NCBI RefSeq assembly: GCF_006345805.1
Contig: NC_043009.1
Coordinates: 30,752,001 to 30,816,000 of the forward strand
Direction: 5' to 3'
Origin: Octopus sinensis
Taxonomy: Eukaryota
Length of the DNA stretch: 64,000 nt
Positions 12,605 through 26,484 of the stretch are shown piece by piece. The notes beneath the pieces were generated by a model. It was given only the letters and a program-made list of their open reading frames with translations. It was not told the DNA's origin and ran no database searches. Position 1 is the stretch's first letter, and every line of letters starts with the position of its first letter. The translations under genes and the position numbers were made by a program.

Positions 12605-14370
12605 ACACACAGAAAATAATATAAACGTACATACATAAATAAATGCTAATATTTGTACTAATATACTAACAGAACCATACAATGATAACATTTTATAAAT
12701 ACATATAAGGATAGGCCCCGGAAAAGTGTTTGTTGAAGAGATTAGCATTAAATACTAGTGATTAGGGGTTCAATACCACTGCATACCACCATGGGCAAGA
12801 GTCTTCTATTGTAGCCTCGATTTCACCAATACAGTATGAAATCAGTTTGGTCGATGGAATATGTAGCCGGAAATATAAGAGCATGTGTCACGTGAGTTCT
12901 GATATAAAGTTGGATGGCATAGAAGAATGTACAGGAACAATACACACGTCTGTATTTTGCTATTTGAAACTAACTTTAGCAGAAAAACACCCTGAATTTT
13001 GTCCATTGAGCATTGATTTCTTGAGTTAAGAAATTCTTGATATAATAGAGATATGAGCACTGCACTGCATAGACCAGAATTAGCATTAGTGAGTATTTTT
13101 CATAAAAAGGGCATAGCAATCTTACATATAAATTATAACTTTTCATGTGGGGCCACGACACGCACAATTATACGGCATGTACTTGCATATATGTATACAC
13201 TCATAAATTCATTCACAAATACATAGCAACATACATATATGTATATCTACATGTGTGTGTGTACATATATATATATTTTAAAAAGAAAAAGAATGACTTC
13301 ACTAGTAGTACCAATTAGTTTAATTTATTTTTTTTAATAATATTAATTTTAGTTCATAGATCTAGTAAGTTCTTTGTTAACTTGGGTGTGAAGAATTAAA
13401 AAAAAAATTTTTCAAGTTAACTTCTTTAGAGAACTTTCTCAGATTTATTGTCAAAAATATCTGAGGATTTGGGGTTTTGTAACTCTCTGTATATAGGATT
13501 TGGGTATGTTTGGGGTGGGGTTGGAGATTGTTAATCAGTGTGGGAGTGACAGAAAGCTGATGAATGATGGCTGAAAGAAAGTAGTGCATGGTCAACACAA
13601 GATACTTGATTAGGGATGGAGTTGGGAGGTGGTGGGATGCTAAAGGATTATTTTTTGAAGCCATTTGAATAGTTGACATTTCGTCAGATATCTAATGATC
13701 AGTTGTTTTTCTAAATTTTTCATTTCAGTCATTTTCTATGTTTTAGGTGTGCGCCTAGAGTAGCGATGTCAATATATATCTATATGGGTTTGTGTATATA
13801 GAGTAAGTTGGGTAGGGTGATATCTCGGTGTATTATTTATGATGCAGGACTTGATATGAGCTCCTGCGTATCAGTAACTTAGCTGTGGTATTGAAACAAA
13901 CTTTAAATGATGTAGGAACGCTAGATATTTATCATTGGCATAACTATTGTACTGCTACTGCCCAGAGGAACATATTTTTGTTGCTGTCGTGTTTATTAAT
14001 ATTTTTAAAAGTTGCCAATAGCCTCGTTTATATCGTTGTCCATTGTGCCTTTTTAAAATACCGTAGCCTCTGTATCGTAAGTGGTAGTCATATTGATGTT
14101 TTATTTTTTTTCCTTATTTTCATTGTTCCTCCATATTTAAGCAGCGCTAAGCACCTTTTTTAGTAAATCATGTATAATAGCAAAGTTCCTGAGTGTGTGA
14201 TGAGGGGTTGGGGCACCACCCCGTACTATTTAACCATGGAAAAATTACATTTATACACTTCTTATTTTATTTATCTTTGATATTCTTTATATGCAAAGTA
14301 CTTCAAAGTGCTTTGAAGTGGAATTGTACTCAAATGATTATAGCCAATATCATACTTAATCTTTATTGCC

Positions 14371-14398
<28 letters not shown>

Positions 14399-14401
<3 letters not shown>

Positions 14402-14776
14402 CTGTGTGTAAATAATCAGTATATGACTTAATTTATTAAACAAAGTTCAACAAATTCATTCATATTTATGTTATGAAAGAGATTGGATGTTAAAACGGAC
14501 TATAGTTTTTTTTTTTTTTCATAGTGCTATACAAGTGTTTCATACAAAATCATAAGAGTCATACTTGTACTCCTGCAGGAGTACAAGTATGACTATTACG
14601 ATTTTATAATTATGAATATCTGAGTCCATTTGTACGAAACAATTGTATAGCAATATGAGAATTGAAAGCTATAATTTATTTTAACATCCGATCTCCTTAA
14701 TTTCATAAATATGAATGAATTTGTTGAACTTTGTTTAATAAGTTATGTCATATACTGATTATTTCAATACAAGTAC
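14399..14776. mobile_element. Foldback / palindromic MITE-like element with perfect 36-bp spacerless centre
   Basis: 14410-14500 is inverted to 14680-14764. Centre gtcatacttgtactcctg|caggagtacaagtatgac at 14558-14593. Confidence 0.75.
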
Positions 14777-14903
14777 GAATTTTATATAAAAGATTCGAAA
14801 GCAAAGTACGAAGAAAAGACATTAGGAACCTTAGGAAAGAATTCCAATTAAAGGATGAACAGACATTCATCCGATAAAATATATATAATATAAATATATA
14901 AAT

Positions 14904-15256
14904 GCGCAGGAGTGGCTGTGTGGTAGTAGCTTGCTTACCAACCACATGGTTCTGGGTTCAGTCCCACTGTGCAGCACCTGGAACAAGTGTCTTCTACTAT
15001 AGCTTCAGGCCAACCAAAGCTTTGTGAATGGATGTGGTAGAAGCCCGTTGTTTATATGCACATGTATATATGTATGTGTGTGTGTGTGTTGGTGTGTCTG
15101 TGTTTGTCGCTTGACAACCGATGCTGGTGTGTTTACGTCTCTGTAACTTAGCGATCCGGCAAAATATACCGATAGAATAAGTACTAGGCTTACAAAGAAT
15201 AAGTCCTTGGGTAGATTTGCTCGACTAAAGGTGGTGCTCCAGCATGGCCACAGTCA
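14904..15256 (+). mobile_element. CORE-type SINE family B (OR2-like, by recollection)
   Basis: tggctgtgtgg A-box, gggttcagtccc B-box, gcacctggaacaagtgtcttctactatagc core, ggtgctccagcatggcc tail. Confidence 0.88.
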
Positions 15257-16470
15257 CGTCTGTCTGTTACCATCTCAGTGCCTAAACTAGCAAACCAGTA
15301 TTCATGAAACTTTGCATGCATATTATATACAGACATCCAGTTCAATAATAGTTGGATTTCAATAAACAAAGAGAATGTGCGCCCCACCCCAGGGGAGTTG
15401 GGAGAATTATATGATAAAATGAGAAGGTTGTAAAAAGTATGAGGGAAAGGTAGTAGCTGAGAAAGGTGACTTATATCAGTGAAAGCAGAAAGAGCCATGG
15501 CAATGGGATGTTAATGTTATACAGCTGTCATATACATGTGACGCTGCTTACATACTTTCGTAAATACATGGATACACACATACTCACACACAGATAGGTG
15601 GGTGCGAGGAAAACGTAGCTTTAAGAAGTGAGGGAGTAGGTGGATTTCCTGCTGTCCATCACAAAGAAACACACACAGATACACACACATACATACATGC
15701 ATACATATATACATACGTGCATACATAGATGTCTACTATACACCATTTTAAATTCGTGATTACCAGTGTATACGTTTGTAAATGTTTGCGTGGGTGTGTG
15801 TCACTGTGTATGTGAGTGTGTGTATTTGTCAGGTTTTATAACTGTCTGTTTCTTTATATTTGTCAGGTCTTTCCTGTTGCTGTCTCATATTGCAAGATTT
15901 TCAAATTACGTCAAAATTTTCAAATTTGGTATATTGAAATAATTTTCCACATTAAATCCAATTTTGTTATCTATTTGTTCCAGAAAAAGTGCAGAAAAAT
16001 GTTACTGAGGTTTCAAGTTTAATCAATTTTGCCTAATCAGAAAACAGAATTTTGGAAGCTGGCATTTTCTGCATGATTGCGGCATGATAGCTGTCTATCA
16101 CGAAATGAAAACAAAACCATTATGTTGATGTATTTTTATTAAATAAACAAAATCAAGGCATTACGACGACCAAAGTTGTAAGAACTTTTGAAGTTTTAAT
16201 GAATAAAGTCATGTGAAAAGGTTGAACAGTCGTGTAAATAATTTAAAAGAGAAAAAACCGTAACGAAGTTTTTGGCGAAAATTTTCACAAATCTATCCTG
16301 ATCAAGAAGCCTCCCTGTCGGGGAAGGCATGCTCTGACATGGAATAAATAAAAATTCATACAAGACATGACAGGCTATTCAGCTAATATATATATATACA
16401 TATATATATATAATATATATATATATATACACGTGTGTGTGTAAATATATATATAAATACACGTGTGTGT

Positions 16471-16501
<31 letters not shown>

Positions 16502-16539
16502 CGTCTGTATTAGTATGTATATGTGCATGTATGTATATT

Positions 16540-16800
16540 TTTATAAATTGCCCAAACCATCTTGTCACTACAACCTAGCACACAGCTTGTCATTCAACAG
16601 AAGTCAGGTTACCCAAAAAAATTTTAACTTTAAATAGACTATATAAACCCAAGATGAGCTTTAACACATTACAGTCCGATGAGGGGTTTGCTGGCCAAAA
16701 CTTCGAAGTTACTGTTAATGTTTTTTTTTTGATAAAGACTAATAAACCTGTACTCTACCAAAACGTATTGAGTAATCGACCTATTCAATGTAAAATTGCT
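16540..16800 (+). mobile_element. Putative PLE terminal (pLTR) fragment with decayed HHR
   Basis: tatataaac, then cattacagt-CCGATGA-stem II-cGAAgtt-actgttaatg (16667-16720), then aataaa. Confidence 0.5.
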
Positions 16801-16843
16801 TTTATTATAAACATAACAAATACTATTATCTCTCTCTTTCTCA

Positions 16844-16900
<57 letters not shown>

Positions 16901-16989
16901 TATATATATACATATATACATACATACATGCATGCATGCATACATACATACATAGATACATACATACATACATACATATATACATACAT

Positions 16990-17060
<71 letters not shown>

Positions 17061-17070
<10 letters not shown>

Positions 17071-18722
17071 TGAAGTTGTGTGAATGTCTGTCTCCTACGA
17101 TTTAGATTCCTAACTACTCCCACATTTTGCGGTGCAGTTTAACCAGAACCGGGTATCTTATAGTCGTGATTCATATCGAGCCCTTCTGGGTATTAGCACG
17201 CGTCTACAATGAGTCTACGATTTTAAAAATAAGTTACCATAATTTTTTTTCCATTTTAAAGCATATGTTGGGGGGTTCTTCCAATTTTTTCGCGTGTCGA
17301 TGGCGGCGGAGTTGGCGTCCATGCTCACACCTGCACCTGTGTTGCTTCCCCCCCTTCTTCTCTCCCTCGTGAATCTGTGGGGAAGGGAGTGTAAGGAAAT
17401 CAACGTCGTAAAGCGTTGTCAAGGAGACCAGCGTTCTTTTAGAACAACGACTTCATGGTTTGAAGACACCAAAACAGAAATGGCTAAGAAACCCTGAAAG
17501 CAAATTCTATAAAATCGGGAAACACGCCACACAGGGAAGGTTTCCCGTGTAAAGAATTTTCACAACCGAATGTTTTAGTTGTTGCACAACTTTTACTTAA
17601 AGAATATTATCCAAACAGAAACTTTTGAAGGCAATATTGTATGGCGATGGTATTTGTGAAATATGGTAATGGATTTAGTAGCCAAAAGGAGAGAGCAGAG
17701 GCATAGTATGGTGGTGGGGGAGGCGGTGGTGGTGGTAGTGCTGGTAGTGGTGATGGTGGTCGTGGTCGTGGTGGTCGTCGTGTTTGTGGTGGTGGTGGTT
17801 TTGGTGGTGTTGTTGTTGGTGGTGGTCGTGGTGGGGGGTGATGATGGTGGAGGTCGTGGTGGTGGTGATGATGGTGGTGGTCGTGGTGGTCGTGGTGGTC
17901 TTCGTGATGGTGGTGGCGATGGTGGTGGTGATGGTCATGGGCGTAGTGGTGGTGGTGGCCATGGTGGTAGTGGTGATGGTGTTGGTCGAGGCGGTGGTGG
18001 TGGTGGTGGTGGCTGAAGCTGTCGTCTGGGTTCTTCCAATTTTTTCGTTTGTCGGTGGCGGCGTTGGCGTTCATGCTCGCACCTGCACCTGTGTAGCTCC
18101 TCCCCTTCTTCCCTCCCTCATGAAGCTGTGGGGAAGGCAGGGTAGGGAAATCAACGTCGTAAAGCTTTGTCAAGGAGACCCGCGTTCTTTTAGAACAACG
18201 ACTTCATGGCTTGAAGTCGCCAAAACAGAAATCGCTAAAAAAGCTGAAACAGATCCACAAAAACGGCAAAAACCGCCACACAGGGCAGGTTTCCTGTGCA
18301 AACAATTTGCACAACCGAATGTTTTAGTTGTTGCACAAATATTTATATATAAAAGTGAAGTTGTGTGTCTGTCTCCTACGATTTAGATTCCTAACTACTC
18401 CCACATTTTGCGGTGCAGTTTAACCAAAACCGGGTATCTTATAGTCGTGATTCATATCGAGCCCTTCTGGGTATTAGCGCGCGTCTACGATGAGTCTACG
18501 ATTTAAAACAAATTTACCATAATTTTTTCCATTTTAATGCATTTTTTCGCTATTATATAAGGGACGTAACTCTCTAAAAATGTCTACGATGAGTCAACGA
18601 TTTAAAAAAAAAATTACCATCATTTTTTATTCCATTTTAATGCATTTTTTGATATAACTCTCTAAAATGCTTATATAGTTATTTCCCTTACAAACCCGAG
18701 CAACGCCGGGCGATACTGCTAG
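17061..18722 (+). mobile_element. Composite non-autonomous Helitron
   Basis: 5' tatataaaagtgaagttgtg occurs at 17061 and ~18345. 3' hairpin cccg-agcaacgc-cggg (18695-18710) then CTAG (18719-18722) followed by T. No TIR or TSD. Confidence 0.75.
17708..18012. repeat. (GGT)n-based low-complexity tract inside the Helitron
   Basis: Direct observation; source of the poly-H, poly-V and poly-T ORFs. Confidence 0.9.
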
Positions 18723-19391
18723 TATATATATATAGTTGTTTTTAACATTTATTTAAAGAAGTGTTCTTATGTTCAACAATAAGATGAGAATTTAAAAAAC
18801 AACACAAGATTTATCATCTCGTAGTATTTCTCTGCAGAAACACCCGGATAGGATATTCATCTCCTTTTTTCTTTTTCTATGATTCTTCTTTTCTCGCCAT
18901 TAGATTCTATGTACTTTTGTTTATGCTGCAAATCGCAACGAAACAGCAGAATACGCCCTTCCATTATATGACCACAAGAAGGAGCAGATCGATAAGCAAA
19001 GAAGAAAACCATTACATTTAAAACGAGTATTTGACTATTCAATGGTTTTATTGTAATGGTGTCGGTACTGATGTTGATGTTGGTTTTAAATTACTGCGGG
19101 TGTATATTCTCATATGCTACAGGGGATCGGTTTCATTATTACTTTGACATCTTCTTCACACCTACGTGTATATTTTAATTGCATATAGCCGGAAACATTC
19201 CTCATAGCAACCGTTTTTCTATTTAACATTCAAATACACCATAAATAAGTAAATATCCGCACTTAACAACCTAACACATAGACAAGTATTTGCATACCTA
19301 CATACATTCTTACATACATACATATAACACATATACATATATATATATACATACACACACATACATATATATACATATATATATATATATG

Positions 19392-19431
<40 letters not shown>

Positions 19432-21379
19432 CACACATATATATATACACATACATATGTGTATACATAAATATATAGAAACGTATGTATATATATATAT
19501 GCTCAAATTTACATATAAATATACGCATACATATCATTTGATTAAGTTATGTATATACAATCAGATATACATATATATTCATGCATGTATATGTGTGTAT
19601 GTATATGTGATTATCTACATTCATATGTACTTGTATACGTATATAATTATTTATCTACCAATCTATCAAATTCTCTCTAACTCTCTCTTCACGTTTCATA
19701 TATATATATACACACACACACAAACACACATGTATGTTTATGTGTGCTTGTACGTGCACATGTATACAGATACACACATACCTACACGTACATATACATG
19801 TACATTTTTGTGGGCGGTGGGAGCGTGTGTAATGCTTGTCTAGATGTAAACAGATACATTAATCTGAAGATATATGTATGTATTACATTCCTCTTTGTAA
19901 TTATGACACAGCGCTGCGTTAATGTTAATAACTTAATACGTAAGCTATTGACAGTTTGAATAATAACAATCGCTCTTATTTATAGACATATCTGCCACAT
20001 TTACTGAGGGCGACTGTTGCCAAATCTAACACCCCATCGCCATCTCTCTCATTATGCCATCATTAATACAACAACTGCGGCCACTACCAGACCATCACAA
20101 GTAATACGACCACCGGCACCTCGTATTACAGCCAAAATAGACACTTCTAAGCTCACCTACCCTTCCACCACAAAAATCTCCTTTATTATTGCTAGCACCA
20201 CCAGACCGTCAAAAGCACTTTAGGCACTTCCCACTCCATTATTGCTGTTTCTGTTTCAATCATCATCACCTTTATCATAACAATTACTAATATTTTGCCC
20301 TGTATAGCCACCGATGCCATCGCCTCCTACGCCATCGCCAGTGTAACAAACACCAATCTACTGGTCGTCCCACCGTCACCTTTAAATACTCCATCATTTA
20401 TGCATTATGAACCTCATCACAAACTCAGCACATATATCAACCCTATTAATTCCAGCATCACAATCATCTTAGCCGACCCAGCCAACCAAATAGACAGATA
20501 AGCAGCAGGCATTTGTAGGTATAAAATAATAACAAAAACAAATCTTTTGATCTGTCAAGACCGGTGGAGTGTGGATACAGTCAGCTGCGATATCGTTTCT
20601 ATACTTCATCATGTGTTGAGCTAACGATTTGACAGACCCTCTAAAATGTCGAGTTCAGTAAGTATCTAGTGACGAAGTTCCAAACCGCAGTTCTCAGGAC
20701 CTCATGCGTCCTTCATGCATCCTCCCGGCGGCCCTCGATGGTCTTCTTTCTATGAATATAAAATTTTCTTTAATTAACTAACATTTTTCTTTCTCTGGTG
20801 CGATTTCCTAAAACAAATCCAGATTTGCAGACATTTAAAAGTTGAGAAGCACTGATCTAGTGTGATCGCTCCAGCGCTCAGCGTTCAAATCTCACTGAGG
20901 CCAACATTAATTTTAAATTCTTTGGGCGGGAAGGGGGGGCAATTAATAGAGTACAAATTCGGTTCAGAGATGAGCTTTCTCTTTCACATGGCTTCGTCTA
21001 TTCTTATTTTGGAGGTTCAGAAGGGTTAAGACGCCCAGCTCAATCTACAATGGCACACCTACGACCCAGTCAACAGTTAATGACCGACCAATCATACTAG
21101 TCTCACTTTGGTTGACAACTATTTTCATGAAAATTTACGTCACCTATCCAATTTTAGTATCTACTGCCACAACAAGAAACACGTATCGTGGTGTCTCCAA
21201 ATCCTGAAAATAGCAGCGAAATATTCCTCCAACCACATTTCACATTGTGAAATGCAAAGGGCACAAATATTTTAGCTTTAAAGTTACTTTTAGGGGGTAA
21301 CGAAAGAGGGAAAGGAATTAAGTGAAATGTCTGTGGATGTTGTTGTTATAGTCTTAGTCAAAACATTGATAACTAATAT

Positions 21380-21780
21380 GATTCTATATTTTTGAGATGA
21401 GGAATTATGAACATCCTTTACAATGGATGGATAGATGTCCTCACTTTGTTTGTTGTTATCACAACATTTTAGCTGATGTATTCTCCAGCCTTCATCAGGT
21501 GTTCTGGTGGAATTTCTGGTGAAATTTCAAACCCAGCCCTTTATTTGACTAATGAGATATAACTCTTCGATTCTAAGTTCAAACCCAGGGAGGGACTTTA
21601 AAAATAATATCAACAGAAAAATAACACCAGGAATGAGAACAGTGTACCCCATTAGTCAAATGAAGGGCTGGGTTCGAAATTCCATCAGAACACCTGATGA
21701 AGGCTGGAGAGTATATCAGCTGAAACGTTGTGATAACAACAAACAATATGAGGACACCTATCCATCCATGGTAAATATTT
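21380..21780. mobile_element. Family H-related element with two inverted HHR-bearing arms (distinct subfamily)
   Basis: ~21420-21555 is the reverse complement of ~21650-21775. Central B-box-like aagttcaaaccc. Confidence 0.85.
21689..21734 (+). ncRNA. Minimal type I hammerhead ribozyme, core intact
   Basis: aacac-CTGATGA-a-ggctg/cagct-GAAAC-GTT-gtgat. Loopless palindromic stem III (AACGTT) as in dimeric PLE HHRs; stem I has one mismatch. Confidence 0.7.
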
Positions 21781-23444
21781 TGTAAAATATTCGATTTTAA
21801 GGTATAGTTTACAAAATTTGATCAAATAAACGGTAAACATTAGTTTAAAACTGTTACATGTTAGAAAACCTTCTGTAGACACTCCCACATCCCGTACACA
21901 CACACACATCTATATACGCATGCATATATACTTAGCAAGGCAGGCAAATAGACGGATGTGTAAATAGATAAATTGTTAACTAGATAGATAGATTTCATGA
22001 AATCTCATTTAGAACCATCTTTCCGTGAAAAGTACATTTATAAATACGTATGCCATCATTCACCGCGGATACATATTTGTGTGGTGTCCATATTCATATT
22101 TCAGAGACAGAGGGAAAAGAGAGAGAGATTGAGAGATAGAGACACAGGAAGAAGGATTTATTTGCGTTATATAGTTGTTAGCAAACTTTGTGAGTTTACT
22201 GGAAGACAAGTAACAGCCAGGGATATACTAGAAGTACAATAACGAAAGAGTATATTTATAATGGATCTGTGTCTTTACATACCTCTGTAAGTATGTGTCT
22301 ATGTTATGTAGCAATACATACACTCACATATATAGTTACATTGTGTCTGTCCAATTACCTGTTTGTCCGACTGGGATACATAAGCTATTGTACATTTCTG
22401 GTTGCATAGAGCACTTCTCACGATCAATACTGACATTTACATGAGTGTGTATGTGTGTATTTGCACATTTGTGTATATATTTATCTCCGTTTCTTAGCCT
22501 TTTCACATTTTCTGTCCTTTTACTTCTCCCTTCTTGCAACTGTCACTTCAATTCCATTTCAAAATTAAAGACAGATGATATTATTTATTTTATTTATATT
22601 TTGCAAATATTTCTAACAGTTCTCAGTTTTCTTTACAATTTATTCATGTAGTCTTACAGTGGGCATTTCATAATAGTTATCTAGTTACATAAAACCTGTA
22701 TGATACTGTACTTCCCGTAAATATATTTCTACCTAATGATTTTGGGTGGTGTGTTGCGATACTGTTGTAAATTTTCAAATTTTTTTTTTGATAAGCTCCA
22801 CTTATTCATTTTCAACATGAATGAGAATATTATCCCAATAACTAGCAATAGCCCAGTGACCCCGTTATTGCAAAGGAGATTACTATTTCTAGATATTCCG
22901 TGACCAGATGAAAAGTCTTAATTTTATTTCGAACACCAAAGAAAATATCCATAGAATATACATATTTATCATTATATTTTTTATTTTTTATTCATTAACA
23001 AAGATGTTCTTTCTAGTCACATGTCTAGAGCCATTTCATTCTTATTCAAAATCATCAGCATGACATAAGCCGAGATAACTTGGCTCAGTAGTTAGCATGT
23101 CAGCAAAATTTGCAGGAGGCCTTGTTTTTGATCCCAATACGCGATGAAAAGTTTTATTCATACAATTAAAAAGCTAATGTCTATTATCATCTGTTTGAAA
23201 CATTTAGTTCTCTTTTCAAATATACTTCTAGAGCGTCTGTTAATATTCCTTTCTGATGTCCTCAGCTATGTGTGTGTGTGATATCCTGTTTTGTGTCTCA
23301 GTTCCTAAGCATTTAAAAATAAGTTTAGTTCCAATATCTGTGATTCTTTAGGTAGCACGAAATTAGTGATTTTATTTCCTGTTTCTCTTTCCCAGGTTGG
23401 CTTGGCGCAATTTTTTCTAATTTATTATCATCAACCTCATCCTC

Positions 23445-23536
23445 CTCATCATCATTGTCATCATTGTTGTCGTTGTCGTTGTCGTCATCGTGTTTCGTCG
23501 CTGTCCTCGTCTTCGTTACTACTACTACTACTACTA

Positions 23537-23579
<43 letters not shown>

Positions 23580-23710
23580 GCTACTACTACTACTACTACT
23601 TTTTATAGTGGTCTTCACCGGGGTCGTCTTCATCATAGTGACAGTAGTTGCAGCAGCAATACCAGTAGTAGTCGTGGTGGTGGTGGTGGTGATGGGTGTT
23701 GTTGTTATAT
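23445..23710. repeat. (TAC)n and related trinucleotide tracts
   Basis: Direct observation. Confidence 0.9.
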
Positions 23711-23988
23711 TTGTTGTTGTTTCCGCTGTGAATATCTTAGCTGAAACTGTAAAAGACAGCAAGAGTTGGCTGTAAAAGTTTTAATTGCTGCCGCAGACCA
23801 TTTAATGTCCTTAATTAGTTTCCTTACACATTTCGACAAATTTAAAGCTCAGGACGAGAGGAAAATAAAACTAAAATACAGAAACAAAAAAAATATGATA
23901 CGAGTAAAAAACAAATAAAATTAACGAAGACAACACAAGTGTATTAGTGTAAATAGCTTGACAATATCTTCGAGAAAATAAAAGAATG

Positions 23989-23989
<1 letters not shown>

Positions 23990-24054
<65 letters not shown>

Positions 24055-24069
24055 GTAATAATAATAATA

Positions 24070-24151
<82 letters not shown>

Positions 24152-24610
24152 TAAGAAGAAGGAGAGGAATAACAACAACAACGATGACAATAACAACAGA
24201 AACAGTAATAGGAGGAGAACCAGGCGGAGCAGAAGGAAGAGGAGGAAATGGGTGGAGGAGGAGAAGGGAGGGGAGAAGGAAGAGGACTTGGTGGAAAAGG
24301 GGAGGCAGGAAAGGAGGGAGCAGAGAAGAAGAGGTGGAAAAGAGGAAGTGGAGAAGTGGAGGCAGAGAAGAGGAAGCGGAGAAGGGGAAGGGGAAGAGGG
24401 GAAGTGGTGGAAGAGAAAGAAGAAGAAAAAAGAAGTGGAAGCAGAGGGAGGGAAGGAAAAACCTGAGAAGGCGGAAGGGAGGAGGCAAAGAAAAAGAAGG
24501 AAGAGGAGGGGAATAAGAAAAAGAAAGCTAGCATGGCTGCAACAACTCCAAACAACATCATCAGCGAATGACACCGAACAGTAACAACAACAACAACAAC
24601 AACAACAACC
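23990..24610. repeat. (AAT)n, purine-rich low complexity and (AAC)n
   Basis: Direct observation. Confidence 0.9.
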
Positions 24611-25135
24611 CAAAATGTTTCCGAACCAATTCTATTAATGAAAATGTTTGCAGGCAATTGCAAAGAGTTAAAGATTCAAGCTCTTAAAGGAATCGCCATC
24701 AAAAATAGATAAAAGATGAAATTCATTTTAACTTTTGAACATGTTAGTTTTGAGTGAATTTTAGCTGATTTAAACGAGATAGTTTCGTGATAATTCTGAA
24801 ATATAACGGAATAATAATAATAACAATAATAATGTTCATTTATTCTTTTATTAGCCACAAGGGCTCACATACTAAAACATTAAAGTACATACAACAACAT
24901 AAAAGACAAATGGGTTTTCTGTGTGTACACAATATAATAACAATGCAAGTTGAAACTCCCTTTAAAGTCCTCGTAGGAAACCCCACAAAAGTCATGGGTG
25001 CCTGAACAACAGGGCAAGAGCCCTTCTCCTTTGATTCCCTTTTTACAAGTGCACACTCAGAATTTGTCCTTTTATGCTGGCCATTCATTTATTTGCCACA
25101 AGGGCGAAGACTGACGGGGACAATAAAAAACCAAC

Positions 25136-25137
<2 letters not shown>

Positions 25138-25191
<54 letters not shown>

Positions 25192-25219
25192 TAATAATAA
25201 AATAATAATAATAATAATA

Positions 25220-25311
<92 letters not shown>
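25138..25311. repeat. (AAT)n microsatellite
   Basis: Direct observation. Confidence 0.95.
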
Positions 25312-25313
<2 letters not shown>

Positions 25314-25765
25314 GCCCTGATGCAGTAACAAAATGCGGAAGACTACTACATGTAAGAAAGCAACACGAGAAAAAGAAAATTATTTTCCCTGTACACAAGG
25401 AGGTGACAAAATACAGACCAGAAACAAACTACTGATCTCAGTTGACAACAGAAATGGTCAAAGAGACAAAAAAAAAACAAAAAAAAGCATGAAAACAGAA
25501 CTATAAAAACTATAAAAAATACTAAAGAAGAAATAAAGAGAAAGATATAGACAAATGGATGAAGGAGATTGAAATAGAACGTCCGGTAGAGCTCTTACAG
25601 AAAGTTCTTTCTCTTAGGGACAGCAACGATTATCAAGAGGGTTCTAAGCACTTGAAAGACTGCTGTTAACTTGTGGATTGCTAAAGTTACTAGTAGTGAG
25701 CCGCTACCGACACAAGACTGAACCTGAGCCAAACCAAAATATAAACAATCACAACAACATTTATA

Positions 25766-25801
<36 letters not shown>

Positions 25802-26450
25802 GTGTTTCTCCTAGTCACCTTATCTGACGTCATAGTCTCAGTATTTTTATTTATTTCTGCCTCGCGCAGAAACTGCAGGAGCTACTTAACAATATTGCAA
25901 ATTCTTCTCCTGATGGTGACTAAATCATCGCAATGTCGAAATCTCTTCTGTAATTTAAGTAGATATCTCAGGACCGTAAGCGTTTCACGCCTTACCCTGT
26001 ACGCTGTGTCTGAATGGGATAATAGCTACCTCAGTATCACAAACGTTTCACCCGAGTGGAACAGCATGGGATGAATTAGCTTTCGCTTGCAAAGGGGTTC
26101 CGTTAGTTCTCACTTGTCAACCACAAACAGCTTGAACTGCTCTCATCTACCATGGCTATTTCTGTGTTCGCTATCTTCTGTTGGCTGTATTCCAAACCAA
26201 TCATCTGCAGGACATGACGTACCGATCTTGCTGGAAAACTGGCGTACCCTAATTCAGAATGAAATGGAGCAGCGTGTTATGTTTTGAGAAAATTCTCATC
26301 AACCAAGTCTTGAATAGGAAGGTCATGCCATTTTCCAATGTGGTTCTAATACTTATAGGAGTGTCTAGAACAACTATACAGTAGAACCAAAATCCAGATG
26401 TCTAAGGAATAGCTTGATCTTCATCATCATCATCATTGTTTAACATCCGT

Positions 26451-26484
<34 letters not shown>

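Noticed and set aside
15850-16390. Second Helitron ending near acaggctattcagctaa
   Set aside because: No convincing hairpin, and the terminus is CTAA rather than CTRR in a clear context; left unclassified.
17294-18386. Similar peptide LWGR..EINVVK.CQGD.RSFRTTTSW in both Helitron B blocks
   Set aside because: About ten differences between the copies fall at all codon positions and are mostly non-synonymous, so there is no sign of coding constraint.
23075-23150. tRNA gene
   Set aside because: Only degenerate A/B-box similarity and no cloverleaf; an old SINE head or pseudogene at best. The same applies to all SINE heads listed.
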